Source: an uncultured Clostridia bacterium
Lineage (GTDB): Bacteria; Bacillota; Clostridia; TANB77; CAG-508
Direction of reading: 5' to 3'
DNA length: 64,000 bases
NCBI GenBank assembly: GCA_947632185.1
Contig: CANROH010000001.1
Location: forward strand, 15,142 to 79,141
Of this stretch, positions 9,791-20,168 are shown in pieces; within the stretch, counting starts at the first letter, position 1, and each line of letters opens with the position of its first letter. Below the pieces are notes generated by a model. The model searched no databases, was not told where the DNA came from, and saw only the letters and a list, made by a program, of their open reading frames with translations. The translations under genes and the position numbers were made by a program.

Positions 9791-11626
9791 ATGTGTGGAA
9801 TAGTTGGTTATATTGGTGAAAAAAAAGCAAAGCCAATATTAATTAATGGTTTGTTAAGATTAGAATATAGAGGATACGATTCAGCAGGAATTGCTACAAT
9901 TGAGGGAAAAGAAATTAAAGTTATAAAAAATAAAGGTCGAGTTAGTGAACTAAATAATATTAATGATATTAATAATTTGAATGGAACAATTGGTATTGGG
10001 CATACTAGATGGGCAACTCATGGCAAACCATCTAGTATTAATTCACATCCTCATATGGATAATAGTAATAATTTTTCTGTAGTACATAATGGAATTATTG
10101 AAAATTATGCAGATTTAAAGGAATTTTTAAAATCCCATAAATATACATTTTTATCAGAAACTGATACTGAAGTAATTCCAAATTTAATTCATTTTTACTA
10201 TAGTACTTCTACAGAATCTGGGCAGACTAAATTTTTAAAAGCAGTTATAGATGCTTGCAAAATGTTAAAAGGTAGTTATGCAATAGAAGTATTATCTACA
10301 TACTATCCAGATAATATGATTGTTGTTCGTAAAGACAGTCCTTTAGTTATTGGTAAAGGTAAATCTGAAAATTATATAAGTTCAGATATTCCTGCCATAC
10401 TTTCATTTACTAAAGATTTTTACTTACTTAATGACTTAGAATTTGCTTTTATTTCAAGGGAAAATATATCTTTCTATGATGAAAATTTAAATAAAATAAC
10501 TAAAGAAATTAAAAATATCACTTGGAATGCAGGTGATGTTGAAAAAAATGGATATCCTGACTTTATGTTAAAAGAAATTAATGAACAACCAAAATCTATA
10601 CGAGAGACAATTGGTTCAAGACTTACACTTAATTCTAAAGTTACTATTACTGATTTAAATTTAAGCAAAAAATATTTAGAGTCAATTAATAGAATATTTA
10701 TTGTTGGTTGTGGTACTGCTATGCATACTGGTATAACTGCAAAAGCTATATTTGAAAACTTATGTGAAATTCCTGTTGAAGTTGAAGTAGCATCTGAATT
10801 TAGATACAAAAATCCAATTATAAATAAAAGTACTTTATGTCTTTTTGTAACTCAATCAGGTGAAACAGCCGATACAATTGCTGCATTAAAACTTGCAAAA
10901 TCTAAAGGTGCAAAAACAATTGCAATTTCAAATGTAATTGGTTCATCTATAACAAGAGAAGCAGATCATACAATATATACTCACGCTGGTCCGGAAATTG
11001 CCGTTGCTTCCACAAAAGCTTATACATCACAAATTACTCTTCTTGCAATTCTTGCAATTTACTTTGCAGAAATCTTAGAAAAAAATTCTAATAAAATAAA
11101 TGAATTAAAAAAAGATATTCTGCTTCTACCTATTAATGTTGAAAAAATTCTAAAAAACACTGATAAAATAAAAGAATTTGCTAAAAAAATTTATAAAGAA
11201 AAAGACGTTTTCTTTATAGGTAGAGGTGTAGATTATTCTGTTTCTATGGAGGGCTCTTTAAAGCTAAAAGAAATTTCTTATATACATTCAGAAGCATATC
11301 CTTCTGGAGAATTAAAACATGGTCCAATAGCTTTAATTGAAAATGGAGTAACTGTTATATCTGTTCTAACAAATAAGCTTTTACTTGAAAAATCAATTAG
11401 TAATCTTCAAGAAGTTATAACTAGAGGTGCTAAAACATTTATAGTTACAAATCAAAAATTAACTAATGATTTTGATGAAGTAATTCAAATTCCAGAAACA
11501 AACACTCTTATATCACCAATTCTCTCAGTTGTACCATTACAACTTCTAGCTTATTATATTTCTAAAGAAAAAGGATTAGATGTTGATAAACCAAGAAATT
11601 TAGCTAAATCTGTTACTGTTGAATAA
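9791..11626 (+). CDS. glmS: glutamine--fructose-6-phosphate aminotransferase GlmS
   Basis: MCGIVGY N-terminal nucleophile with an AAAGGTG SD 7 nt upstream, and SIS domains. The ORF-track start at 9782 is an upstream in-frame artefact. Confidence 0.95.
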   Translation: MCGIVGYIGEKKAKPILINGLLRLEYRGYDSAGIATIEGKEIKVIKNKGRVSELNNINDINNLNGTIGIGHTRWATHGKPSSINSHPHMDNSNNFSVVHNGIIENYADLKEFLKSHKYTFLSETDTEVIPNLIHFYYSTSTESGQTKFLKAVIDACKMLKGSYAIEVLSTYYPDNMIVVRKDSPLVIGKGKSENYISSDIPAILSFTKDFYLLNDLEFAFISRENISFYDENLNKITKEIKNITWNAGDVEKNGYPDFMLKEINEQPKSIRETIGSRLTLNSKVTITDLNLSKKYLESINRIFIVGCGTAMHTGITAKAIFENLCEIPVEVEVASEFRYKNPIINKSTLCLFVTQSGETADTIAALKLAKSKGAKTIAISNVIGSSITREADHTIYTHAGPEIAVASTKAYTSQITLLAILAIYFAEILEKNSNKINELKKDILLLPINVEKILKNTDKIKEFAKKIYKEKDVFFIGRGVDYSVSMEGSLKLKEISYIHSEAYPSGELKHGPIALIENGVTVISVLTNKLLLEKSISNLQEVITRGAKTFIVTNQKLTNDFDEVIQIPETNTLISPILSVVPLQLLAYYISKEKGLDVDKPRNLAKSVTVE

Positions 11627-11635
11627 AATAAGAAA

Positions 11636-11667
11636 AATCGTTCTATTTAAATTAGAACGATTTTTTA
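11636..11667. terminator. rho-independent terminator between convergent glmS and DUF2508 gene
   Basis: aatcgttcta-tttaaat-tagaacgatt hairpin flanked by A- and T-runs. Confidence 0.65.
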
Positions 11668-11907
11668 TATTATATTTAAATTTTTCTTTTTAGCTTGTTT
11701 AATTAAATAATTATACTTTGCTTCTTCCGCCTTAATTTGATAAGTATAATAATCAATCAAATCACTATCAGCAAATTGCAAATTATTGTACATATTATTA
11801 AGTGTTTCTTTTACAATTTTAATATTATCAACTAATTCAAAATTTTTTTCTTGATCATCTTTATCAATTATTTTAAACTCTTTAACAAATTCACTATACA
11901 TAAACAT
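11665..11907 (-). CDS. DUF2508 (YaaL-like) small protein
   Basis: C-terminal AEEAKYNYLIKQAKKKN matches the DUF2508 AEAKYxFLxxEAK motif. Confidence 0.5.
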   Translation of the reverse strand: MFMYSEFVKEFKIIDKDDQEKNFELVDNIKIVKETLNNMYNNLQFADSDLIDYYTYQIKAEEAKYNYLIKQAKKKNLNII

Positions 11908-11987
11908 ATCTCCTATTTAATCTTATAATTTTAAATTTTTATAAAATCTATATATATATTTATGTATAATTTTGTATTTTATTCATT

Positions 11988-12566
11988 TTATATAAATTTT
12001 TCTATTTTTTTCCAAACTTCATCAATATAAATTTTTCTTTCTGAAGAAAATGGTAAAATTGTACTATATGAAATTCCTAAACTTTCTTTTATTCTTTGTA
12101 CCTCTTGATCTACTTTAGTTATAGCTATTTTATCTGCTTTATTAGTAAGTACAATAAATGGTAAATTAGTTTTAAGAATATAATCATACATAAGGAAATC
12201 ATCCTCTGTAGGCTTATGTCTAATATCTAATAATAATATTATTAATGATATATTTTTCCCCTCTTCTAAATATTCTTCTATATATTTTCCAGAAGTTATT
12301 TGCTCCTCTTTAGACATTTTACTATATCCATATCCAGGTAAATCAACAAAATAAAATTTATCATCTATATTATAAAAATTAATTTGACGAGTTTTACCAG
12401 GAGTGTTACTTGTTCTAGCTAAATTTTTTCTTTCTAGCATTGTATTAACAAATGAAGATTTTCCTACATTTGATTTTCCTACTAAAACTATCTCTGGTAT
12501 ATTTTGTTTAGGATATTGTTTTTTACTTACTGCTGATATTTCCAATCTTGGATTTTTTATTATCAT
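11988..12566 (-). CDS. engB: ribosome biogenesis GTP-binding protein EngB/YsxC
   Basis: G1 GKSNVGKSS and G3 DLPGYG motifs. Confidence 0.9.
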   Translation of the reverse strand: MIIKNPRLEISAVSKKQYPKQNIPEIVLVGKSNVGKSSFVNTMLERKNLARTSNTPGKTRQINFYNIDDKFYFVDLPGYGYSKMSKEEQITSGKYIEEYLEEGKNISLIILLLDIRHKPTEDDFLMYDYILKTNLPFIVLTNKADKIAITKVDQEVQRIKESLGISYSTILPFSSERKIYIDEVWKKIEKFI

Positions 12567-12580
12567 AATTTAACCTCTAT

Positions 12581-13954
12581 TTATAATTCCTCTCTTACAA
12601 TTAAATCTTCATTTTTAGGTCCAACTCCAATATATTTTACTGGTATTTCAGCAACATCTTCAACAATCTTAATAAATTCTTTTGCTAAATCTGGCAATTT
12701 ATTATAATCTCTTAAATCACTTGAAATATCCCATCCACCTTTCAAAGTTTTATATATAGGTGTTGGTACTTCATGTGTTAAGTTCATATCATCAGGATAA
12801 TAATCAATTTCTTTTCCTTGATACTTATATCCTACACATATTTTAATATTTCCAAGAATATTTCCTATTTTACCAAGAGTATCTAAATGGTTTATACAAA
12901 TATAGTCAGCTCCTTCTGCATCTTTTGCACTTCTTAAAATTACTGCATCACACCATCCAACTCTCCTTGGACGTTTAGTAGTTGCACCATACTCATGACC
13001 TTCTTCACGTATAATATCTCCCTCAAATGGTTTATCATATGGAAGAACAACATCATTTTTAATATGTGCAGGTAATTCTGTAGGAAATGGACCATTTCCT
13101 ACCCTTGAATCATATGCTTTTGTTATCATTACTACTTCTTTAACATCTTTATGATTTAAATGACCTCCTATAAGTGCTCCTGCAGTTACACAATTACTGC
13201 TTGTTACATTTTCATAATCGCCATAATTTTTATCTAAACGATATGCTTGAGCTCCTTCAACAGCAATTTTATCGCCATTTTTTCTTGCTTTACTTGTAAG
13301 AATATCTGCATTAACAACCATTTCTTTAATTTTTTGTCCATATTCATGAAATTCTTTAGCTAATTTTTTAGGATCAACAATGCAATTTTCCATATTATAT
13401 AATTTAAAAAGTTGATTATGGACACGTGTTGCTACATCAATCTTTTTAGCTAGCTCATCTTCTGGAAGAAGTAAATCATATACTCTCATTCCAACTCTAT
13501 TATCATGATCTGCATAACAAGGTCCAATACCTCTTTTGGTTGTTCCTATTGGATTATCTTTTATACTCTCATATAATCCATCAAGATCTTTATGATATGG
13601 AAATACAACTGGTGCTCTACCACTAATTTTTATTCTTTCTCTTACGTTTGGTACATTAATTTTATTAAGATCTTCTATTTCTTGTAAAAATATAATTGGG
13701 TCAAAAGCAACTCCCTGTCCTATAAGACATATTGCTTCAGGATTTACTATTCCTCCTGGGACTAAATGTAATGCAAGTTTATTATCTTTATATATAATTG
13801 TGTGTCCAGCATTTGCCCCACCTGTTGCACGAATTACTAATTTTGCATCTTCTGATTCTCTTGATGCAATTTTTCCTTTTCCTTCGTCTCCCCATTTTGC
13901 TCCTGCAATATACTTTGCATTTGGTTTAAAATTTGATACTCTCTTTTTTTCCAA
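12581..13954 (-). CDS. purA: adenylosuccinate synthetase PurA
   Basis: WGDEGKGK P-loop and GGANAGHT motif. Confidence 0.9.
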   Translation of the reverse strand: MEKKRVSNFKPNAKYIAGAKWGDEGKGKIASRESEDAKLVIRATGGANAGHTIIYKDNKLALHLVPGGIVNPEAICLIGQGVAFDPIIFLQEIEDLNKINVPNVRERIKISGRAPVVFPYHKDLDGLYESIKDNPIGTTKRGIGPCYADHDNRVGMRVYDLLLPEDELAKKIDVATRVHNQLFKLYNMENCIVDPKKLAKEFHEYGQKIKEMVVNADILTSKARKNGDKIAVEGAQAYRLDKNYGDYENVTSSNCVTAGALIGGHLNHKDVKEVVMITKAYDSRVGNGPFPTELPAHIKNDVVLPYDKPFEGDIIREEGHEYGATTKRPRRVGWCDAVILRSAKDAEGADYICINHLDTLGKIGNILGNIKICVGYKYQGKEIDYYPDDMNLTHEVPTPIYKTLKGGWDISSDLRDYNKLPDLAKEFIKIVEDVAEIPVKYIGVGPKNEDLIVREEL

Positions 13955-14050
13955 TATTCTTCACTCCCTTTTTTTATTTTTTAATTATGAAAGTTACTAA
14001 AATTCCGCTCAAAGTATATCATAATTTTTTTTACAAAACAATAAAACATT

Positions 14051-15340
14051 CTATTTTGTTTTTGGTTTTAAAATTTTTGTGCCTCCCATATATTGCCACA
14101 ATACTTCTGGTACCTTTACACTACCATCTTTTTGATAATTATTTTCAAGGACTGCAATCAATCCTCTTGGACTTGCTACTACAGTATTATTTAAAGTTGC
14201 TACTAAATAATTACCTTTTTCTCCTTTTGCACGAATAGATAAACGTCTAGCCTGTGCATCACCCAAAGTTGAACAACTTCCTACTTCAAAATATTTTTGT
14301 TGACGTGGACTCCAAGCTTCTACATCACAAGATTTTACTTTTAAATCTGCTAAATCTCCACTACAACATTCCAAAGTTCTTACTGGAACATCTAAACTTC
14401 TGAAAAATTCTACAGTATAACTCCACATTTTTCTGTACCAATCCATTTGATCTTCAGGTTTGCAAAGGACTATCATTTCTTGTTTTTCAAATTGATGTAC
14501 TCTATATAAGCCTCTTTCTTCTAATCCATGAGAACCAACTTCTTTTCTAAAACAAGGAGAATATCCAGTTATAGTAATTGGAAGATCTTCTTCTTTTACT
14601 ATCTGTCCTCTAAATTTTCCAATCATTGAATGTTCACTTGTTCCAATTAAATATAAATCTTCTCCTTCTATTTTATACATCATTGCTTCTAGTTCTTCAA
14701 AACTCATTACTCCATTTACAACATCAGATCTTATCATAAATGGTGGTATACAATAAGTAAATCCTTTACCTATCATAAAATCTCTAGCATAAGCAATCAT
14801 AGCTTCATGAAGTCTTGCAACATCTCCTAATAAATAATAAAATCCATTACCACTAGTTCTTCCTGCACTTTCTTTATCTAACCCGCCTAAGCTTTCAATT
14901 ATATCTGCGTGATATGGTATTTCATATTCTGGCACAACTGGTTCACCAAATTTTTCATTTTCTACATTTTCCGTATCATCTTTCCCAATTGGCACAGAAT
15001 CATCCATTATATTTGGGATTTTCATCATTCTTTCTTTAATTTGCTCTTTTAACTCTTCTTCTCTTACTTCATTTTCAGCTAATTTTTCATTTATTTTGTT
15101 AACTTCTTGTTTTTTACTTTCAGCTTCTTCCTTTCTTCCTTGTGCCATTAATCCTCCGATTTCTTTACTAATAGAATTTCTATTCATACGAAGCTCATCA
15201 CACATTAAAGTTAATTCTCTGCTTTCTTTATCTAACTTTAAAACCTCATCTACTAAAATAAGTTTATGATCTTGAAATTTTTTTCTAATATTTTCTTTTA
15301 TCATTTCTGGATTTTCTCTTAAAATTTTAATATCAATCAT
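14051..15340 (-). CDS. serS: serine--tRNA ligase SerS
   Basis: N-terminal coiled-coil and class II motifs (CFRKE, GSCS..DAQARRL). Confidence 0.9.
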   Translation of the reverse strand: MIDIKILRENPEMIKENIRKKFQDHKLILVDEVLKLDKESRELTLMCDELRMNRNSISKEIGGLMAQGRKEEAESKKQEVNKINEKLAENEVREEELKEQIKERMMKIPNIMDDSVPIGKDDTENVENEKFGEPVVPEYEIPYHADIIESLGGLDKESAGRTSGNGFYYLLGDVARLHEAMIAYARDFMIGKGFTYCIPPFMIRSDVVNGVMSFEELEAMMYKIEGEDLYLIGTSEHSMIGKFRGQIVKEEDLPITITGYSPCFRKEVGSHGLEERGLYRVHQFEKQEMIVLCKPEDQMDWYRKMWSYTVEFFRSLDVPVRTLECCSGDLADLKVKSCDVEAWSPRQQKYFEVGSCSTLGDAQARRLSIRAKGEKGNYLVATLNNTVVASPRGLIAVLENNYQKDGSVKVPEVLWQYMGGTKILKPKTK

Positions 15341-15352
15341 TTTTATCTCTCC

Positions 15353-15613
15353 TTACTTTTTTGTATAATCAACTGATAAATCTTCACAAAGTTCAAATCT
15401 TAATTTTTGTCCTGTTATGTTATCAGTTCTGCCTTTTTGAACTTCTTCAAAAAACATTGTTTCTCTTCTAACCCAAAGTTTCGAATCTTGTCTTTCATAT
15501 AATGGTTTATATATTACCATTCTTTCCTTTGTTTCCGAATCTAAAGCCACATCTTGAATATAATAATAATTTCCCTTAAAATGTCGATAAATTTTTCCTA
15601 CTTGAATTTCCAT
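15353..15613 (-). CDS. DUF1653-family small protein, first gene of the T-box-controlled serS operon
   Basis: 86-aa ORF with an AAAGGAG SD. It lies 12 nt upstream of serS and directly downstream of the T-box terminator. Confidence 0.6.
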   Translation of the reverse strand: MEIQVGKIYRHFKGNYYYIQDVALDSETKERMVIYKPLYERQDSKLWVRRETMFFEEVQKGRTDNITGQKLRFELCEDLSVDYTKK

Positions 15614-15639
15614 TTAAAACTCCTTTCTTTTTATTTTTC

Positions 15640-15890
15640 AATAATATAAAAAAGCCCTTATACGTTAGTATAAGGGCGAATATATCGCGGTACCACCTTT
15701 ATTAATAATTATTTTATAATTATTCTCATTTTATTGCTATAACCTGCAACAACTCGGTCTTAGTTTTCTAAGAAACATTTAAGAGTAGATTTCATAAATT
15801 TTTTTTATCTATTTCCACCTATCATAGACTCTCTATAAAAAAATAATTTATTACTTATCTCTTATCAAACGTTTTCTTTCTTATGGAAAT
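15640..15890 (-). promoter_or_regulatory. T-box riboswitch leader (tRNA-sensing antitermination) upstream of DUF1653-serS
   Basis: Minus strand carries the conserved T-box sequence AAAGGTGGTACCGCG (plus coordinates 15686-15700). It is followed by a terminator hairpin GCCCTTATA-CTAACG-TATAAGGGC and a U-run (15646-15677). An AGAGA motif sits near the 5' end and a candidate UCU specifier is present. Confidence 0.75.
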
Positions 15891-15918
15891 ATTATATCAT
15901 AAAAAATCAAATTGTAAA
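15891..15918 (-). promoter_or_regulatory. promoter of T-box leader (TTTACA-16-TGaTATAAT extended -10)
   Basis: Read on the minus strand: -10 at 15891-15896, -35 at 15913-15918. Confidence 0.4.
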
Positions 15919-15939
15919 TACAATTTAATTTTTTTAAAG

Positions 15940-16140
15940 CTATTTTACATCTTTTTCTACTTTACTAACAATCATTTTTAATGCCTTTTCTCTTGGAACA
16001 ACAATAATATGATTGCAACCTTGGCATTTTAATTTAAAATCAACACCTATTCTTGTTATCTCCCATGTTTTACTTCCACAAGGATGTATTTTTTTTAATT
16101 TTACAATATCTCCTATGTTATAATCCATAATATTCCTCAT
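15940..16140 (-). CDS. DUF951-family small protein
   Basis: KLKKIHPCGSKTWEITRIGVDFKLKCQGCNH motif. 8 nt downstream of gltX. Confidence 0.6.
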   Translation of the reverse strand: MRNIMDYNIGDIVKLKKIHPCGSKTWEITRIGVDFKLKCQGCNHIIVVPREKALKMIVSKVEKDVK

Positions 16141-16147
16141 TATAGTC

Positions 16148-17779
16148 CTATATTCTTCTTAATATTTCATCTTTTCCAAGGACTTTCATAATTTCATAAA
16201 GATCTGGTGTATTACTTCTGCCAGTTAATTTTACTCTAATTACAGTACTTATATCACCTACATGTCCTTTATATTTTTCAGGATTTGCTTTATATTCTTT
16301 TACTTCTCTAGAATAACCTAAACTTTCAGATAAATCCTTTATTTTATCAAACCATGTTTGTTTATCATCAGATTCATCATAATATTTTTCAAAATATGTT
16401 TTTATTATTTTTTCTATTTCTTCTTTATCTGTTATTTTTTGATACTCAAATTCTCCATTTCTATCAAATTTTTCAGGATACATGTAGTAAATGATATGCT
16501 TTACATCAGACCATTTAGCTATATCCTTTCTAGGTTTAATATTTCCTCTTTCAATACCTAAAACTTTTAAAGAATATTCTTTATTTTCTAACATTTCTAA
16601 AAGTTCATTATCATATTCTTTTGCCCAATCATATGCAGAAGAATATACTTCTTCTGCTGTATATTTAGATATAACATTTTTTGATACATCTAACATTTTT
16701 ACCATATCGAAAAGAGCACCACTAACTCCCATTTTCTTTAAATCAAAATCAAATTCGTAAACTGATTTATCAGGATTTTGTTTTCTCCAAGCCTCAAAAT
16801 TTGAATTAGCAATATTCATTAAATATTCTATAACAGAATCTTTTGGTATTCCCTCTTCTTTATAATAACCAACTGCTGCTTCTGGATCTTTTCTTTTACT
16901 TAGTTTACGTTTTCCATCTCCATCTTGTTTCATAATTGGTGCAATATGCGCATATTTAGGTGCTTTAAATCCTAATACATAAAATAATTGCAAATGAAGT
17001 GGAACTGATGCAAGCCATTCATCTCCACGAATTACTAAGTTCGTTCCCATTAAATGATCATCTACAGCATGTGCAAAATGATATGTTGGCAAGCCATCTG
17101 ATTTTATAATTATTATATCTTGATCGTTTTCAGGGAATTCTATACTTCCTTTTATTACATCTTTATGTTTTATTTTCCTTTCTGGATTGCCTGGAGATTT
17201 AAATCTAATAATATAAGGATCTCCATTTTTTATTTTCTCAATCGCCATATCTATTGGCATATTTCTACATTTAGTCCATTTTCCATAATATCCTGTTCTT
17301 TCTTTGGCTTTTTCTTGATTTTGTCTAATATTTTCTAAATCTTCTGCAGAACAAAAACAAGGATATGCATTTCCTTCTTCAATCAATTTTTTAGCATAAG
17401 ATTGATATATATGCTTTCTTTTGCTCTGCATATATGGACCATAATTTCCAATATCATTTCCATCTATTCCCATTGTTTCATCTGGAGACAATCCATAATC
17501 TTTTAATGAATTTAATATTTGCTCTGCTCCATTTTCAATTTCTCTTTTCTGGTCTGTATCCTCAATTCTAACAAAAAATACTCCTCCCGTTTTTTTAGCT
17601 ATTACTTTTGCAATTAAACTTTGATATAAACCGCCTATATGAACAACTCCAGTAGGACTTGGAGCATACCTAGTAACAATAGCACCTTCAGGTAAATTCC
17701 TTTGAGGATATTTTTCCTCATAATACGTATAATCTTTTACATCTGGAAATATTAAATTTGCTAATTCTTTTCTATCCAT
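16148..17779 (-). CDS. gltX: glutamate--tRNA ligase (GluRS family, long form)
   Basis: PSPTGVVHIGG HIGH-type motif, CFCS zinc-like motif and KLSKRK (KMSKS) motif. AGAGGA SD. Confidence 0.8.
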   Translation of the reverse strand: MDRKELANLIFPDVKDYTYYEEKYPQRNLPEGAIVTRYAPSPTGVVHIGGLYQSLIAKVIAKKTGGVFFVRIEDTDQKREIENGAEQILNSLKDYGLSPDETMGIDGNDIGNYGPYMQSKRKHIYQSYAKKLIEEGNAYPCFCSAEDLENIRQNQEKAKERTGYYGKWTKCRNMPIDMAIEKIKNGDPYIIRFKSPGNPERKIKHKDVIKGSIEFPENDQDIIIIKSDGLPTYHFAHAVDDHLMGTNLVIRGDEWLASVPLHLQLFYVLGFKAPKYAHIAPIMKQDGDGKRKLSKRKDPEAAVGYYKEEGIPKDSVIEYLMNIANSNFEAWRKQNPDKSVYEFDFDLKKMGVSGALFDMVKMLDVSKNVISKYTAEEVYSSAYDWAKEYDNELLEMLENKEYSLKVLGIERGNIKPRKDIAKWSDVKHIIYYMYPEKFDRNGEFEYQKITDKEEIEKIIKTYFEKYYDESDDKQTWFDKIKDLSESLGYSREVKEYKANPEKYKGHVGDISTVIRVKLTGRSNTPDLYEIMKVLGKDEILRRI

Positions 17780-17855
17780 ATTTATCCTCTTTCTCTTTTA
17801 AAACTTTTTTCATTATACCAGATACATTTATATTTTTCAAGGTTTAAGGAATCTG

Positions 17856-19763
17856 TTAAATTTCCATAATAATTGGTAAAATCATTGGATTTCTTTTTGT
17901 TTTTTGGAATATATAATCTCTTAAAGAATCTTTTATTGTAGTTTTTATAGTTGACCAATCTTTTATATGATTATCAACACATCTCATAACTTCACTATTT
18001 ATAAGAAGTTTTACCTCCTCCATAAGATTTTCTGATTCTCTAACATAAACAAATCCTCTAGATATTATATCAGGACCTGCAACTACATTTCCTGATGAAT
18101 CCATAGTCAAAACAACTACTATTAATCCATCTTGAGATAAATGTTGTCTGTCTCTTAATACAATATTTCCAACATCTCCAACTCCTAATCCATCAACGAA
18201 TACTTTTCCAACTTGGACAGATCCTGTAATTTTAGCTTCATTTTCATTTAGTTCAACTACTCGTCCATTTTTCATTAATATAATATTTTCAGCTGGAATT
18301 CCAACTTGTCTTGCTGTATTTCTATGAGCAATAAGTTGTCTATATTCTCCGTGAACAGGAATAAAGAACTTAGGTCTTACTAATGATAACATTAATTTTT
18401 GTTCTTCTTGACAAGCATGTCCTGAAACATGGACATCAGCAAGAGAACTGTATACAACTTCTGCTCCAATTTTCATTAAATCATCTATTACTTTAGCAAC
18501 AAACTTTTCATTTCCTGGTATAGGTGTTGCTGAAATTATAACTAAATCATTTGAATTTATATTTACTTTTTTATGCTCACCATTTGCCATTCTTGTTAGA
18601 GCTGACATAGGTTCGCCTTGACTTCCTGTAGTTATAATTACTAATTGATTATCTGAATAATTTTTTATCATATCTATATCTATAAATACATTTTTTGGAG
18701 AATGTATATAGCCTAATTCAACAGCAGTTTGTATCATATTTATCATACTTCTTCCACATACTGCTATTTTTCTATTGTTTGCAACTGCAGAGTTTACAAT
18801 CTGTTGAACCCTATGCATATTAGAAGCGAATGTAGCTATTACTATTCTTTTATTGCAATTTACAAATAATTTATCAAACACCTCTCCAACTGTACTTTCA
18901 GACATTGTGTATCCTTTTCTTTCAGCATTTGTACTATCTGAAAGTAATGCTAAAACGCCTCTATTTCCAAGCTCTGCCAATCTTCCTAAATCAATTTTTT
19001 GGTCATCTATAGGTGTATAATCTATTTTAAAATCTCCTGTATGGATTACAGTTCCAACTGGAGTATGAATTGCCAATGCTACTGAATCAGGTATACTATG
19101 ACAACTTCTAATGAATTCAACCCTCATTTTCCCTAGTACTATAGTTTGCCCTTGTTTTACTGTATTAAGTTTAGCTGTTTTTAATAATTGATGTTCTTCT
19201 AATTTATTTTCAATTAATCCAATTGTTAATCTTGTAGCATAAATTGGAACATTAATTTCTTTTAAAAGATATGCTATAGAACCAATATGATCTTCGTGTC
19301 CATGAGTTATTACTAAGCCTCTAATTTTTTCTTTATTTTTTTCAAGATAAGTAAAATCAGGTATAACTAAATCTATTCCAAGCATATCATCTTCTGGAAA
19401 AGCGACTCCACAATCTACCAAAACTATATCATTACCATATTCAAAAACAGTTATATTTTTTCCAATTTCTTCTATACCACCTAAAGGTATAATTTTTAAA
19501 TTTTCTTTTTTAAAAGAAAATTCGTCTTTTAATACTAATTGTCTATCTTCTATTTTTAATATTGAAGTATCCTCTGTTTTCATCATTGACTTTTTCTTTT
19601 TAACTATTTTATGATTTCCTTTTTTAGAATTATTGTCAGCTCCTATTCCAGAACTAATAATCTGATTTTTTGTATCAGTATTTTTAGTTATTAATTTACT
19701 TTTACTTAATTGACTTCTTCTTTTTTCATTTGATTTCTTATTTTCTTCCATTTCAATTTGCAA
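17856..19763 (-). CDS. rnj: ribonuclease J (metallo-beta-lactamase/beta-CASP RNase) with Lys-rich N-terminal extension; true start uncertain
   Basis: LKIIPLGGIEEIGKN and HGHEDH motifs. The ORF start is TTG and no SD sits near any candidate start. Confidence 0.85.
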   Translation of the reverse strand: MQIEMEENKKSNEKRRSQLSKSKLITKNTDTKNQIISSGIGADNNSKKGNHKIVKKKKSMMKTEDTSILKIEDRQLVLKDEFSFKKENLKIIPLGGIEEIGKNITVFEYGNDIVLVDCGVAFPEDDMLGIDLVIPDFTYLEKNKEKIRGLVITHGHEDHIGSIAYLLKEINVPIYATRLTIGLIENKLEEHQLLKTAKLNTVKQGQTIVLGKMRVEFIRSCHSIPDSVALAIHTPVGTVIHTGDFKIDYTPIDDQKIDLGRLAELGNRGVLALLSDSTNAERKGYTMSESTVGEVFDKLFVNCNKRIVIATFASNMHRVQQIVNSAVANNRKIAVCGRSMINMIQTAVELGYIHSPKNVFIDIDMIKNYSDNQLVIITTGSQGEPMSALTRMANGEHKKVNINSNDLVIISATPIPGNEKFVAKVIDDLMKIGAEVVYSSLADVHVSGHACQEEQKLMLSLVRPKFFIPVHGEYRQLIAHRNTARQVGIPAENIILMKNGRVVELNENEAKITGSVQVGKVFVDGLGVGDVGNIVLRDRQHLSQDGLIVVVLTMDSSGNVVAGPDIISRGFVYVRESENLMEEVKLLINSEVMRCVDNHIKDWSTIKTTIKDSLRDYIFQKTKRNPMILPIIMEI

Positions 19764-20168
19764 ATTAAATACAATATCTAATTTGCTCTCCTTTCTGATA
19801 TTTTTCCGTATTCTTAATTAAATAAAAAATAGTCTATATTTTAGACTATCAGAAAATATTTTTACATATAAAACATAATTATAAATTTTTAGAAATAAAA
19901 CATATAGAACATAGGAAATATATCTTATGCTTCTTTTTTATTTTATAAAAAATCTCTTACTCTTTATATTACATTTTAAAATAAATATCAAATTTATACA
20001 CACCAATAAATACTAGAAAATCCATCTCTTAATTTTCTAATAAATAAACTTGATATTATTTTAACATTTTCCGTACATCTTATTTTAATATTTTCCGAAC
20101 TTTTATTTAAATCTCATTAATACTAAATTGTATTATACTATTTTTTCCTATTATTGTCAACCTTTCTA

